A stretch of DNA of 63,156 nucleotides, the filler included, from Reticulomyxa filosa (Eukaryota; Protista; Foraminifera): NCBI GenBank assembly GCA_000512085.1. It is 16 parts of 16 records of this genome, joined end to end, with 100 filler letters (N's around TTAATTAATTAA, not from the genome) between each part and the next. Parts side by side here need not be neighbours in the genome. Positions count along the whole stretch, not along the records: positions 24,921 to 28,314 come from ASPP01001339.1; positions 28,415 to 30,841 come from ASPP01018210.1; positions 30,942 to 37,284 come from ASPP01018401.1; positions 37,385 to 38,437 come from ASPP01034272.1; 12 more parts are not named here. One strand, 5' to 3'. The position numbers and the translations under genes were made by a program. This document shows positions 25,873-38,537 of this stretch, piece after piece (position 1 is the first letter of the stretch; each line of letters starts with the position of its first letter). A model generated the notes under the pieces. It made no database searches. It had not been told where the DNA came from and was given only the letters and a program-made list of their open reading frames with translations.

Positions 25873-28087
25873 TTTGTAAAAATATATACAAATATTGTAG
25901 TTTTTAAATATGATTTTTGTTTTTATTAAATCTTTCATAATTGTTTAAAAAATTGAATATTTTATTGATTTTGAAAATTTTCGAGAAAAAATTGACAATG
26001 TGACTTTGTCATAACAATGAAATCTGACAACTTTTTTAAAGCGTTTTCAGAAAATGCTATAAATGTATTTAAAAAAAATTAGATTTCTACGTTGCGTAGT
26101 TTTGAGAAAACTCAATTTTCTGTTATCAAAAAAATTTTTTTTGCAGACTTTAATGTTATTTTCAAAGTTTGTACATTGTGAATGCATGATGATTTTTGAC
26201 TACTCTTTGCTTTGTAGTAAGATTATTTTTGGTCAAAATTACTATTTTATTAAATCACTTTTTGCTTTGTATAATGCTTGTATTCGTTCTGATTGATTTT
26301 ATTAAGTTTGTGCATGTTTCTGGTCAATTTTTTCCAATTTTAATTCAAATTATTTCGCAAGTTCTTCTTTTGATATGACTGTTCTGTTTTTGTATATTTT
26401 TGTTTTCACTATACACCACATATTTTTGCTTGTGTTCAGGTATGTAAAATTTGGATAGAAATCAAATACTTTGATATAATTTTGTTCAAACTATTTTTTA
26501 TGTAATTTCTTTTAGATGATGGCATTATCTTGCTGAAATATACAATTTTCATTATCTTATAAACACCAACAATTGTTTTGAGACTAGTCAAATAGAATTT
26601 CTTTGTATATATTTGCATTGATACTTCAATCACTTTTATATAGATACACATGTAATAATACTCCAAATCAAGACTACTAAATTATACTTCACATTCTATG
26701 TATATATAGTTGAATATTTTCAATTATGGACTTTTTCTGGTTATATATACATATTGATGATTATGTCCACAATGTCACAGTGTTAAAAAAGACAGAAAAT
26801 ATCATTTTTAATGTCTGATTGCGAGAAAACATTGTTCAAAATAATGAAAAGCTAATGATGAGTGGGAATGCTTATCATTAATCATAGCATTTCCACCTTA
26901 ATCCCAGACGGCTGTCATGCAATAAATAATGTTGAAGACATTGACTGTATTAGTAATAATTCGTTCGAGATCAGTAACGGCTGAAACACTTAAAACAAAA
27001 GAATTGATTGCTAAAAAGCAATGCAGGAACTTGCGGGCTTAACAGAATGGCAAATGACAAAAAGCCCCCAATGCAGCGCAGATACAACCAAATAAGTGTA
27101 ACTTTCCATTCTGCGCGCAGTAAATTTGAAAAGATGATGAAGATATACATATTCGATTGTGGCTTCATTGATTTGTATATGACATTGAAAGAGTCTGAAT
27201 GAATGTATTGATAGATGATATTGACTAGTGCATGACTGAATAATAAATGAATAGAATAGATAACACGCATGAAGGATTTAGATTCCACTTGCAAGTTAAT
27301 TTATTTGATTCATTTTTTTTTCTTGCTGTTTTTTTGGTTATGATTTCAACTTTTTTGTTGTGTATAGATTGCCGTATGTGTACACACATGGCCAATCGAT
27401 TTTGTGCAATACATGAGTAAGTACTTTTCATTGCTGTGATTTTACTCGTCATTTGTGTCACTTTCATGTCGAGAAACGAACAATGAAGAATCAACTATAT
27501 CCAAAAACTGCAAGTTTGTAAACTTTTTAAACTATTTGTTTTGCAAAAACAAAAAAATGAAAACTATTTTCTTTTGTATTGTCTTGCGTAGAACATCACA
27601 AGTTATTACGAAGTATCAATTGGAAGGTGTACTAAAGTATAAAGACACCGACAATGAATACAAAATGGATCATTTGAAATTGGAACACATAAAAGGTATT
27701 GAAATTGAGAAAATTGTGGAGATCGAAGTCAAATATTTGAGTGGATGAACTTAAGTATTTCGAGTACAGTGAAGAAATTACAAAAACCTTGCATGCAGAA
27801 AAGTATTTTTTTTATGAAAGGAGTGAAGGTAACCAAAAATAACGATACACGCACGTAATTTCATAGTACTTCCGTTTTTGCAGGCGTGACTGAACTTTCT
27901 GGAAATGTATTTTTTTACCAGAAAAATCTGCGTTTTTGAAATTACGCATTTTTTATATGCATCTCATAAAATATTGATTTTGCAAATCTTGTGTTCGCAA
28001 GTAAAAATTGAGATAGTTGCTGTGCTTTGCTGTTGCTTATTATTCATTCTTTTTGTGTTGTATCTCTGCGTATTATTTATCCACACA

Positions 28088-28314
28088 ATGAGCCAACACT
28101 CTTACAAGCACATTCAACCACGAACCTCTTCTTATGAAGTCCGGCCTTCAATAACTCCAAATTCAGGAAAAAACAAGAGTAAAAGCCTTATGGCAAGCAC
28201 AAGTAGTGCAAACGAACCAGTATCGAGCCAAGAGAGAAAATTGAAGACGAAAATAAAAACTCAGGCGGCATTGAAGCGTCTCTGCAAATCGATTTCCAAA
28301 TCATGTCTGGTGAG
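28088..28314 (+). CDS. First exon of a hypothetical protein
   Basis: ATG-initiated Ser/Lys-rich frame ending at GTGAG at the contig end. Confidence 0.4.
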
Positions 28315-28414
28315 NNNNNNNNNNNNNNNNNNNNNNNNNNNNNNNNNNNNNNNNNNNNTTAATTAATTAANNNNNNNNNNNNNNNNNNNNNNNNNNNNNN
28401 NNNNNNNNNNNNNN
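28315..28414. other. Artificial contig spacer
   Basis: N44-TTAATTAATTAA-N44. Confidence 0.99.
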
Positions 28415-28624
28415 ACCTTGTCGTCATCGTCGTCGTACACCACATGGGGGACTATTGCGTACAATCCCTCACGCACCGACACTGTCACAAACTGATCCAC
28501 ATTGCTGTCGTTCTCACTCTTCATATAACAGCTGCATGTGACATTTCCATATTCGTCATGATACACCGACGCGCAGCTGCTTGTATCCCATTCATTGCTT
28601 TCCTTTTAATATATATGTATATAC

Positions 28625-28681
<57 letters not shown>

Positions 28682-29589
28682 TATGATTGTGAATCTTCTT
28701 TTCCCCCCCCCCCCCCCTACAAAACTGAACTGCGTAATAGACAAGACAAAGTGGCAATGACACATTGTGCTGCGTGAAACCTGTAATGTTTCGACGAGTA
28801 AACGAGGAAGGGTGCAACGTGGTCATATGCAGCTGCAAAGGTCTGGAATTGCCATTGGTGCATTGGTGCCAAACGACTGTCGAGAGATGGTCATTACGGA
28901 CTGCTTGCGCAAGCAACGAAAAGTATACAATGTCGTCCATTGCCATTCCGTCAATCCACATGCTTGCTTGGCCTCCGCTTGCGTCATGTTTGTCATGGAC
29001 CTCCTCAGGTAATTGCAATACAACCTCGTCGCTTCCGTTGACTCATTACTCCAAGAAGGTCGCTCCATCGCTTCCAATGGCAGCGACAGTACGCCTCCAC
29101 AATTCAATGTTTCTGAACCATTCCATTGTCCGTTTTCCAATACATACACGTTGCCTAATAACTCTGTGTCTTTGTCTGCTTCTTCGTACTTACAGGTTGC
29201 ACTGTCTTTTATATAATTTTTTTTTTTTTTTTTTTAGTGTCCATGTAATTTAAGCGGAGTATTAAGATATAATTGCTCTTAAAAACGTTGATTGGAACGC
29301 ATATATGTAAATGGATGTAATTATCGTGCTGCTTTGATTTTTTGGTTTGTGCGTAAGAACTGAAAGTAGTGTGATTGATTATATATTCCGATAAGGTCGC
29401 ATATGTAATGTTCAAAAGCTCTTCTGTTATATTCCATTCATTTGCCCCACTTTCTTTTGCCAACAGCTGTTCTATTCGGACTGTTGTCGTGTTGCTAAAT
29501 GCAATATTCACATGTTCACCTTTAATCTGAAAGAATGATAATATTATTGCAATTGAAATCAACCAACATAATGCAAATCGTGGGAGCAT
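28415..29589 (-). CDS. Signal-peptide glycoprotein with GAIN/GPS-like domain (adhesion-GPCR/polycystin-like ectodomain), 3'-truncated
   Basis: Signal peptide MLPRFALCWLISIAIILSFFQIKG; many N-x-S/T sites; spliced PLCLVYYA|ESNEWDTSSC...NVTCSC...GLYAIV. Confidence 0.65.
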
Positions 29590-30046
29590 TGAACACAGGA
29601 TCAATGTCAAGAAAGAAAGCCTTTTTTATTACAAGAACTACTGTCAGATGAAAATATTAACAATTAACCAAAAAATCGAAGCCAATGAAGAAATAGCATC
29701 TATCAAGACAATATACAATGAAAACATGAGTTACTCTGATTCATTGCATTGTTTTACTTTACATTTACTCGTGTAATTAAAAACAGTTTTTCGTAAATCA
29801 AACTTTCATGACCACCTCTTTATAAAAATATTTTTTCACAAATCCAGACATAAATAAAATTACTGTAAAAAATTTTTGTACAAGATCACCTAAAAGAAGA
29901 AATGAGGAAATAATGGAGCATATCAGTATGAAATCCACTATAAAAACAAAAAGAATAGACTAATCAAAAAGCACTCGTCAAAAGTAAAGGCTAAAAGTAG
30001 GTTCAATGAATAATAAAAAACCGGTTGTCAAACAAAATAGCCGGAA

Positions 30047-30841
30047 ATGCCGATTCCAGACGAGGCACTTCCTATGTCATGGGTATATTTGGGTGTGACA
30101 TGTGGTTTATTGGCATTAGTTGCGTCAATATTATTATGTGTGTTTACAGTCCGGTTCTTTGCAACCAAAAGAAAAGCTGGTGGAGCAAAAAAAAGCATAA
30201 TGTGGTGGTTGATGGTGGGGACAACGATTACAACAATGGTAAGTTCGGCATTTGTGGGATGCTATTATGGAATATTCTTGATCGACCTATTTTTTTCAGA
30301 AAAATATTTTGATTCAAGTTTTTGGATCTGTCAGTTCCCTTATGGCGCTAATTTTTTTTTTTTTACAGCGTACAAAGTTAGCATGTGGTGTTTATTAACT
30401 TACAGGTGTGAGATGTGCATTCAAAACAAAACAGAAAAATCTTTTTTTTTTTTTTAAGATAGCCCTTGTTTTTGAAATTTCTTTTTTTTATGATATTTTT
30501 TTTGGTGAGCAGATTGTCTGTAGTATTTGAAGGGAGTCAGTTACGATACAGTGTCCGTATGCTGCGACGACTCCGAATACTGATAATCACATCAGGAATA
30601 ACACTGTATATACTATGGATGTACTCAATAAAGAAAGAAGTTATCTCACATCCCATTGGGTCCAATATAACCTGTTTGCCTCGTCTTGACGTCGGAAGTC
30701 CACATGTATTCGGCACTGTCATTGCGTTGTATTTATTGGATTTTTTCTGGTCGATCACACCCTTATCCTTGTTCTTGTGGAAGCTAAGTCAAGTTAATCC
30801 ACTGGTCTCTTTGAACAGACCAATAATAATAATAATAATAA
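30047..30841 (+). CDS. GPCR-like (7TM family) membrane protein, 3'-truncated after TM5
   Basis: Intron 30406..30512; five TM segments; YKVSMWCLLTYR|LSVVFEGS and DFFWSITPLSLFLWKL. Confidence 0.75.
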
Positions 30842-30941
30842 NNNNNNNNNNNNNNNNNNNNNNNNNNNNNNNNNNNNNNNNNNNNTTAATTAATTAANNN
30901 NNNNNNNNNNNNNNNNNNNNNNNNNNNNNNNNNNNNNNNNN
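30842..30941. other. Artificial contig spacer
   Basis: N44-TTAATTAATTAA-N44. Confidence 0.99.
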
Positions 30942-32726
30942 GATTTGAACATGTATCTTTGATGCAAAAGGGGATACCAAAAAAATAAATAAATAAAAAA
31001 GTGCATACATCAGCAAGTAAGTCCCACAGCCACAAAAGGACAGATTGATAAGGCTCTGGAAACTTGGCAACGGAAGTGGGTATTAATTCGACAGAAGTGG
31101 CGCTATCAATAACTTTGGGCTGGACACAAGACAGAAATGGACTTGGCAGCTGCACGAACCATTGTTTGATTAAAGAGGCAACGATAATTGCTTGACTGCC
31201 ATCGTTTTTCATATTCACATGAAATATGTGTTTCTTTTTATTATTTAATAATTAAAAAAAAAAACAAAATAATAATATACTTACACAATAATCTATTGAG
31301 TCCTTCAAAATAAACAAATTAAGCAAACAAACAAAAAAAACTTTTTTGAAAACCATCACATTGATTTAATCTCTTTTTCAATTCGATCAGTACACGTGGG
31401 ATTGCCACAGCATATCCAGGTAATTTGACATCTTCCAATAAGTCGATTTCTTTTCCAAATGACTTTTTTGTTATTTGTTATTTGTTGATCATGATCCCCC
31501 CCCCCCCTCTCAATTATTTCGATCATCAAAAAACATTCGAGAGAAAAAAAAAAAAAAAAAAAGACATAACACCCATAATTTGAGCATTGGTAAATGCGCT
31601 GACATTACTGACTTTCCTTGCCTTTGTGGGTGAGGTTGGGATAGCCTGAGTGGGACTGAGATGACCACTGTCTGCAGAATCTAATTTAGAGACAGCGACA
31701 GTGGTGAGGGATGCGGATTGATAGGCCGACGCTTTCAAATCTAACTCTAACGTGGTGGGTACTTGACTTCCAGAAGAAGAAGAAGAAGAAGAAGAAGAAG
31801 AAGAAGGGGGAGGGATTGAATTCCCATTTGCATTCGTGATACTTTTTCCTCCATTGCTATCTTCTTTTCTTTCTTCCTCTCCTTTTTCAATCTTGCGAAT
31901 ATCCTCATCGTCGAATTGGTAGGAGATACTATCACTTCGTGTCTTTTTTGCTCTGACATTGTCTCTGCTTTCTCTTCTTGGTGAAGTTGTTGGCTGTAAC
32001 AGATTATTGCCATTGTCACTTTTGACTTGGGTTTTGTTCTTATTATTATTATTACTTTGATTTTGATTTTGATTTTGAGTTTTGGTTTGGGTTTTTTTCG
32101 TTTCATTTTGTTTTTTCAATGTGTTTTTCGATTGATTTGGCAATTGATTATTTTGCTTCGTTTTTACACTTTGTGTTTTTGCTCCTTTTTTTGTGAGCCA
32201 TTTTCATTTACTGTTAATCGACTATTTGCATTTTTTTCTTCTTCTTCTTCTTCTTCTTCTTTGCTATTTGCTATCTCTATTGCTGTTACCGATTTTCCAT
32301 TTTGTCTTGGCGAACTTGTTTGTATTGCTTGCACATTCTTTACTGCTTCTTTATTGTTGCTCGCCAAGTCCAATGCGGCCATGTCCGAGAATTTATTTTC
32401 TCCGACTGCTCGATATTCATATCTCGGAGACATCCAACTGGCTGTTCTCAGTCTGCTGTTGTTATTACTGTCTTTTTTTTCCTCTTCTATTTTGTTACTG
32501 CCATTTGGGCTTGCTAGCTCTCGCGTTATCTCTTCTTCAATCATACTTCTTTTTCGTGTTTGGTCGCTTCAATAAATTGCTGCTTTTCTTGGCTTTTTTG
32601 CGAAGACAGTGCCTGCTTGTTGTCTCCTATTGCAAATTTCTGTCGGATATTTTTTTTGCCCATTCGCTGGATGAATGGATTACTCGCCAGGGATGGATTG
32701 GAAGATACTTCAACTGAAGAAGTCAT
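30942..32726 (-). CDS. RhoGAP-domain protein with long low-complexity N-terminus, 3'-truncated
   Basis: IPRVLIELKKRL..CDGF and VASLIKQWFVQLPSPFL...FPEPYQSVLLWLWDLLADV; two A-run frameshifts in the N-terminus. Confidence 0.75.
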
Positions 32727-33270
32727 GTCTTCTATTTATATATATATTATGAGATCAATCTACTTTTTTAGAGTGACAACACGTTCTTGCTACTATCACG
32801 TTATGTCTCTAGTATTTTCATAAGGGTTTCTATTTCCTAGTGGAAGGTGTTAAAGTAAACAACATTTTTTTTAGCTTTTCAATGTGGATATGTATTTTCT
32901 CTAAAATGTATTTTTGTTTATTAAATAAAACACTAGCAATCCAAGCAACTGTTCATTTTTATAGTTTTCTTAAATCGGTCATCTGATTTGAAGAACAAGC
33001 AAGATCTCCAAGTCTAACTTAAAACAGCATCTATTAAAACATTTTTTCTAATAATGATTTGTTGAATTGCTTTATCTTATAAACTTTTTGTGACAGTTAT
33101 AGTTTTTAATTAGATGCGCAATACTCGTGAATGACTCTAGGCAACGCAAATAACAGTATATCGTACATAAAATATCGGTCAGAGGCTATTTAAAAAAGTC
33201 AGTCCTTTAAACTATTTTGTGGAAACTTATTCAAAAGGAAATCCTAGATTTTTTTTGTTGCGATTAAGAC

Positions 33271-34867
33271 ATGGGCGCATTACATTCCCAAACTTTGAAA
33301 AATTTCGATTTTTTCCGTCAAGTGGACCGGGAATTGACAAATCCGACCCCAATTGGCACCTGTGGTATGCGACTTTTCCAAGTCAGTCTTTTTGAAGAAA
33401 AGAAAGGAGAAGAAAACAAAAACAAAAGAGTGCTTCAATGTGGAAATAACAAAAAAATAAATACACCTGATGAAAAGTATCCATCCTATGTTTAGTGACA
33501 TTGTTATATTTATTTGTCAGCGAATTGTCGCGTTATCTAACAATCGAAACAGAAACAAATATATTTGTGAATACTCCAAAACATTATCAATTTAATGAGA
33601 CAATCCCGGTTTATTTTAATATTACATTACCTAACATCGCATGTGCAGGCAAACAATCAAAAAACATCTTGCTTTTTTTTTTTTTTTTTTTTTTTTAATC
33701 TTGATTTATTTGCGACATCACATTGGTGCTGAAATGTTGTATCGTTTGTATTTTGGACGAGCAAACAGTCCTAAGTGTAGATGTAGAAGACGTGCTAGGG
33801 CGCTATGATTTCTCTCACAACCCTGAAAAAGTGCGCTTTTATCGTTTACTGTATCGAGACAATAACGCACCTATTGAAAAAAAAGACAATGAAAATAGCA
33901 ACAAAAAGCAACAATCCAATCGTTTGAATGAGCAACCAATCAAAGTTTCTCCCTTTCGAAAATCAGATTTTACTTCGAGTTTCATTTGTTTATTCTATGT
34001 TATTTCCTTTTTTTTTTTTTTTTTTGACGATATTTTTTTTTTTTTTTTTTGTTTCGTGTGTGTATGTCGGATGAAAAGAAAAATTCATGGGAGAAAATGA
34101 ATTGAAAACCTTGTTGAATGACGGATGTCGGATTGAGGCGAATATTGAAATCAAGCGTGTTCATGGCAATATCCATATTAGTGGTCATGCACACGAGGAT
34201 TTGTTGGATGTGTGGATAAAATATAACGGACAGATTGATTTGTCACATTACATTGAAACATGGCATTTTGGAAATGCCATTTCACAAGAACAAATGTCGA
34301 TAATGACGAAAGTTCAGAATTCCTTAGCTTTTGATCCTTTGAATGGATTCACGAGCTTGACGCCGCCCATATACTTTCAATCTGATACACACATGTCCAA
34401 GTCTCATCCTCAATCCGATGACAATCCGCATGATCATCACAAAATCAAAATTACTTATGAAGTTAGTTTTCTTAAAACAGGACAATAACAATTTACGATT
34501 TTTTTTTTTGCCATGGCCTCCAAAATAAGTAATCTATATTTGTGTATTCATTGTGTTCTCACAACAGTATTATTTCCAGATTGTTCCCACACTATTCCAA
34601 GACGTTGATAGCGAAAAACTCAAATCCTATCAATTCACTGTTTCGAGCAATATCAATGAAAATAAGTACCAAACACCTATCGTGTTCTTTAGATATGATA
34701 TCAATCCAATGACTGTAGAATTTGTCCAAAAGAGAAGATCTTTGTCTCACTTTGCAGTGCAGTTGTCCGCCATTGTTGGCGGTACTTTTGTTGTATTTGG
34801 ACTGCTTCACAGTATTTTGTTGGTCATTGACAAAAAATTTTTTAAGGATATCAACAAATTGTACTAA
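33271..34867 (+). CDS. ERGIC1: ERGIC1/Erv41-Erv46 family ER-Golgi cycling protein, multi-exon, complete
   Basis: FDFFRQVDRELTNPT, FNITLPNIAC.VLSVDVED, GCRIEANIEIKRVHGNIHIS, YYFQIVPT, YQFTV, FRYDINPMTV, SAIVGGTFVVFG. Confidence 0.85.
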
Positions 34868-35661
34868 CGTTCGCGAAGAAATATTCACAATAAACGATTT
34901 AGTCTTTATTTTTTTTTAAATTTTACGCAGTATGACTTCTTTTAGTCCTTTTTCTTATCAAACTCTTACATCCAAAACTTGATCCGTGCATCTCAGAAAT
35001 ACAATTTAGGACCATCGACAAAAAGTGGTAGCTACAAATTCTGATAATTTGTGCTTGAGTAAATATTTTTTTTTTTCAATTACAGGTAATGCTTGTTCGT
35101 ATTTCGACTTCCTAAATAGAAAACAAAGTTTCTGGATAGATGAAGAAAAAAGCAATACCATTAATTGTTCAAATAAAAAACAAACTAATGCCCACAACAC
35201 CTAAACGATAAATAAAGGCTGTTAATATTTTTTTCTCTCTCCGTAATAGAAAGCATTGATTTGCAAATCTTGTTGGTATCTGTGCAATCTCAATGACACG
35301 TATTTCCAATGAAGAACAAAATGTGATCCAAACACAAGCTTTGGGAAAAAAATGCTATTTTTGCTGCTTGTGTCTTCAAATTAAACGAATGGAATCATAA
35401 AAAAATAACTCGTCACAGCACAACAACACAACAAAACAAATAAACAAACAAAAAAAGATCTCATTGATGATGATTTCTTTTTCTTGTATTAACTTGACAA
35501 AAAAAATAAAATAGAAAAAAAAGTACGCAGTATTAAGAACATTGGAGAGAAAAAAAGAATATTCTTTTTTGAATGTTTTTTTGATAGAAAAAACAAACAT
35601 TTTATTGTGTGTTTTGCCTTTTTTTTTTTTAATACAAATCTCCAATATGGCATTGGCCTCT

Positions 35662-37190
35662 TTAACATTGGCCAGTATTTGGCGTTGAGTGTTTCCATGT
35701 CCCTGACGCAACAATGGTAGCCTGGCAATCGCTAGAGCGTACAATGCACTCGATGACTAATTTGATTTTTCGGGTGAAATTGGGTAGTGTTGTTTCAACT
35801 TTGTGAGAATTGGTGAGATTTTCAAAATATAGTTTTCTATTAGGAATATCAGCATTAATTTTGACATCATCTTTGTTGTCAAAAAATTTGGACAAAGCAG
35901 TATATTCATTTCCAAAATGAGTTCCAACGTACCATCCATTGACACTTCCGCAGCCCGTAGCATGAGTGTGTTCGAACAAGGTATCTTCAAAAGAATATTC
36001 GGCCATGTTCAAATTGCCATAGTCGACAATACCTAGCCGTCCATAAAATGCTTCGCTTGTTCGAATGTGCCAATAATACTGTCCAATCGCGCTGTCAACG
36101 ACAATATTGCCAAACGCTTGATGATACGTCCAATCCTGCTTTTTTCCCGCTTTCACTGTGCACAGATCATCACTAATTTGTAGAAATGATGACCTTTCTT
36201 GAGCACTAAAGTGATCCGCAAGGGTGGTGTCAATGGCTGCCCATTTTTTTGTTTGTTTATTTATTTATTTGAAAATGTCTATGATCTGTTGTTTTTTCTT
36301 TTTTTTTTCTTTCCTCCCCCCCCCTTCTCTTTTTCTTAATACTATGACATATACAACATACCAGCACCAAGAGAAGTGTCTCTGACACTTTCAATCCCGT
36401 TTTTATCTTGCTTCAAGAGTTCCTCCATTTGTGTTGCATGCTCCGTAATATTTTTGTATTCGTTGTCGGCAGTAAAACTACTGACAATGACAGGGTCATT
36501 TGGCAGTGCGGATTGTCGTAACTCTTGTTGATATAATTGATCCGAAACAGAAATGACCGGCGTTTTTTTTGGTCTGTGTTGTCCTCCTGTCTCTCTGTTG
36601 TCTTTGTCTTTTCGCTTTCTTTCGTTTGCGTCTTTGTTTTTTTCATTGCGGTGGTCTCTCCCTCGATTTGTACAAAAGTGCAGTTTTTCATATACTCTTG
36701 GCTTTTTTGTTCGTAGTTCACACACACATCCAATTCCGCATTGACGATTTCGTTGTCAATTTTTAATTCTATCACGTCCTCGCTACTATCACTGTCCTTG
36801 CCCTTGTTATTGTCATTGTCATTATCATTGTCATTATCATTGTCATTGTCATTGTTCTTGTCGTCGTCACTATAACAATTGTGAAAGAGGTCCAATTGCA
36901 ATGGGTCATTTGTGTTCTTCGCATGAAGAGGAATGCGAATGGCATGAAGATGAGTGTCTTGATAAAAATCGTAGAGGACTTGACGACGCATGGTGTCATT
37001 GATACTCTCCGGTGATTCCAGTGCTTTGTGATATTGAATGATCACGTGCTGACACTGTTCCGACAACAAAGTGAGTTGTTCTGTAATTCGAGTTCGAAAC
37101 ATTTGTTTGTGTTCGTACATGCGCTCCACTTTTGCCAAATCTGCGGCTTTTCTCCTTTGCAGCCATTCAATCATTTCTTCATAGTAGCTT
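35662..37190 (-). CDS. Coiled-coil plus C-terminal SPRY/B30.2-like protein, 5'-truncated
   Basis: Helical N-terminus, DN repeat, then AFGNIVV...GQYYWHIR...RLGIV...DDVKINADIPNRKLYF. Confidence 0.55.
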
Positions 37191-37284
37191 TTTATTTTCT
37201 CCCTGTGTTCTATATATACATATATGTATATGTTTATACATAATATATTTATACATAATATATTTTTATATATTATGTGTATAC

Positions 37285-37384
37285 NNNNNNNNNNNNNNNN
37301 NNNNNNNNNNNNNNNNNNNNNNNNNNNNTTAATTAATTAANNNNNNNNNNNNNNNNNNNNNNNNNNNNNNNNNNNNNNNNNNNN
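37285..37384. other. Artificial contig spacer
   Basis: N44-TTAATTAATTAA-N44. Confidence 0.99.
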
Positions 37385-37472
37385 CTTTTTTGTTTGTTTG
37401 TTTCAAACTACAAAAACACAAACAATTGCGTGTGAATGTAAAGCAATAGTGAGAATAAAGAAGATACACAGC

Positions 37473-38437
37473 AGGCCACAACAGTGTCTCCATTAATTTG
37501 TACATTGTTACAATTGTTGAGTTGTTTGACATTGCTGTTGAAAGATATAGATAAATCGGAGGGATGGATATTCTGTCTATGGAAAGAAGCGAAAGAGAAA
37601 TTTCTGTTGCTGTCCAAAATGACGGAGATGAACGAGGAACAACTTTGTATGGCCTTGCATGAGTGGCTGTGTGAGTTTCCTCGATGGTTCAACAAAATGT
37701 ATCCCAATGAATTAAATAAAGTGGATTTGCAAAGTATTAATCAATTTGAAAACAAAATGGAAGAACAGTATTCCAAATTTTTCAAACATTACAAAGCATC
37801 ACATTTTTCACAAAAGATACAATCCACTTCGAATATACTCGATTACGAAACCAAGGAAGAACATACTTCATCTGATCATTCGATGTCTCAAATGTTTTTA
37901 GAGATTCGTCTTGTGTCATTCACTGATTTATTATACAAATTTTACAACAAGCCAGAATTGGCGAAAGCATATCCATTGCTCTTTGGTCTGTTGAAATCGA
38001 TTGGCGATATTGAATATGTTAAATGCTTATCTGGTATCGGTCAATGGATGAAACATTGTCATATGCAATTTTCTGGAAAATTGACACAGAAACAGCATAA
38101 CGAGATGACTGTAAGCAGTGTTATCAACAATTGTAATGACATAAGAATCAGAGCATGCTGGGATCAATTTATTGAAGGATGGAATAGGCTTACTTCTCAA
38201 ACCACTGCCACAATTCCGGTCTTATCTACAAATTCTAAACTTGATTATTGCACTGTACGAAAGGACACGCCAGGAAGATATACTGTAGCAATGATTGAAA
38301 TATTGCAAGATATCAACAACAACTTTCTGCAAAGTGTTCGTTCCTATTGCAGAAGATTAATTAAGGATAAAGAGAAGAAAACAGAAAATAATGATAATAC
38401 TATGGTTATTTCCAAATCTCTGTTTGATATCTCCAAT
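37473..38437 (+). CDS. Internal exon resembling the C-terminal region of RNF213/mysterin-like giant proteins
   Basis: YPLL...VKCLSGIGQWM...FSGKLT...MTV...WDQFIEGWNRL...LDYC...GRYTVAMIEILQDINNNFL parallels the RNF213 C-terminal pattern as I recall it. Confidence 0.55.
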
Positions 38438-38537
38438 NNNNNNNNNNNNNNNNNNNNNNNNNNNNNNNNNNNNNNNNNNNNTTAATTAATTAANNNNNNN
38501 NNNNNNNNNNNNNNNNNNNNNNNNNNNNNNNNNNNNN
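38438..38537. other. Artificial contig spacer
   Basis: N44-TTAATTAATTAA-N44. Confidence 0.99.
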
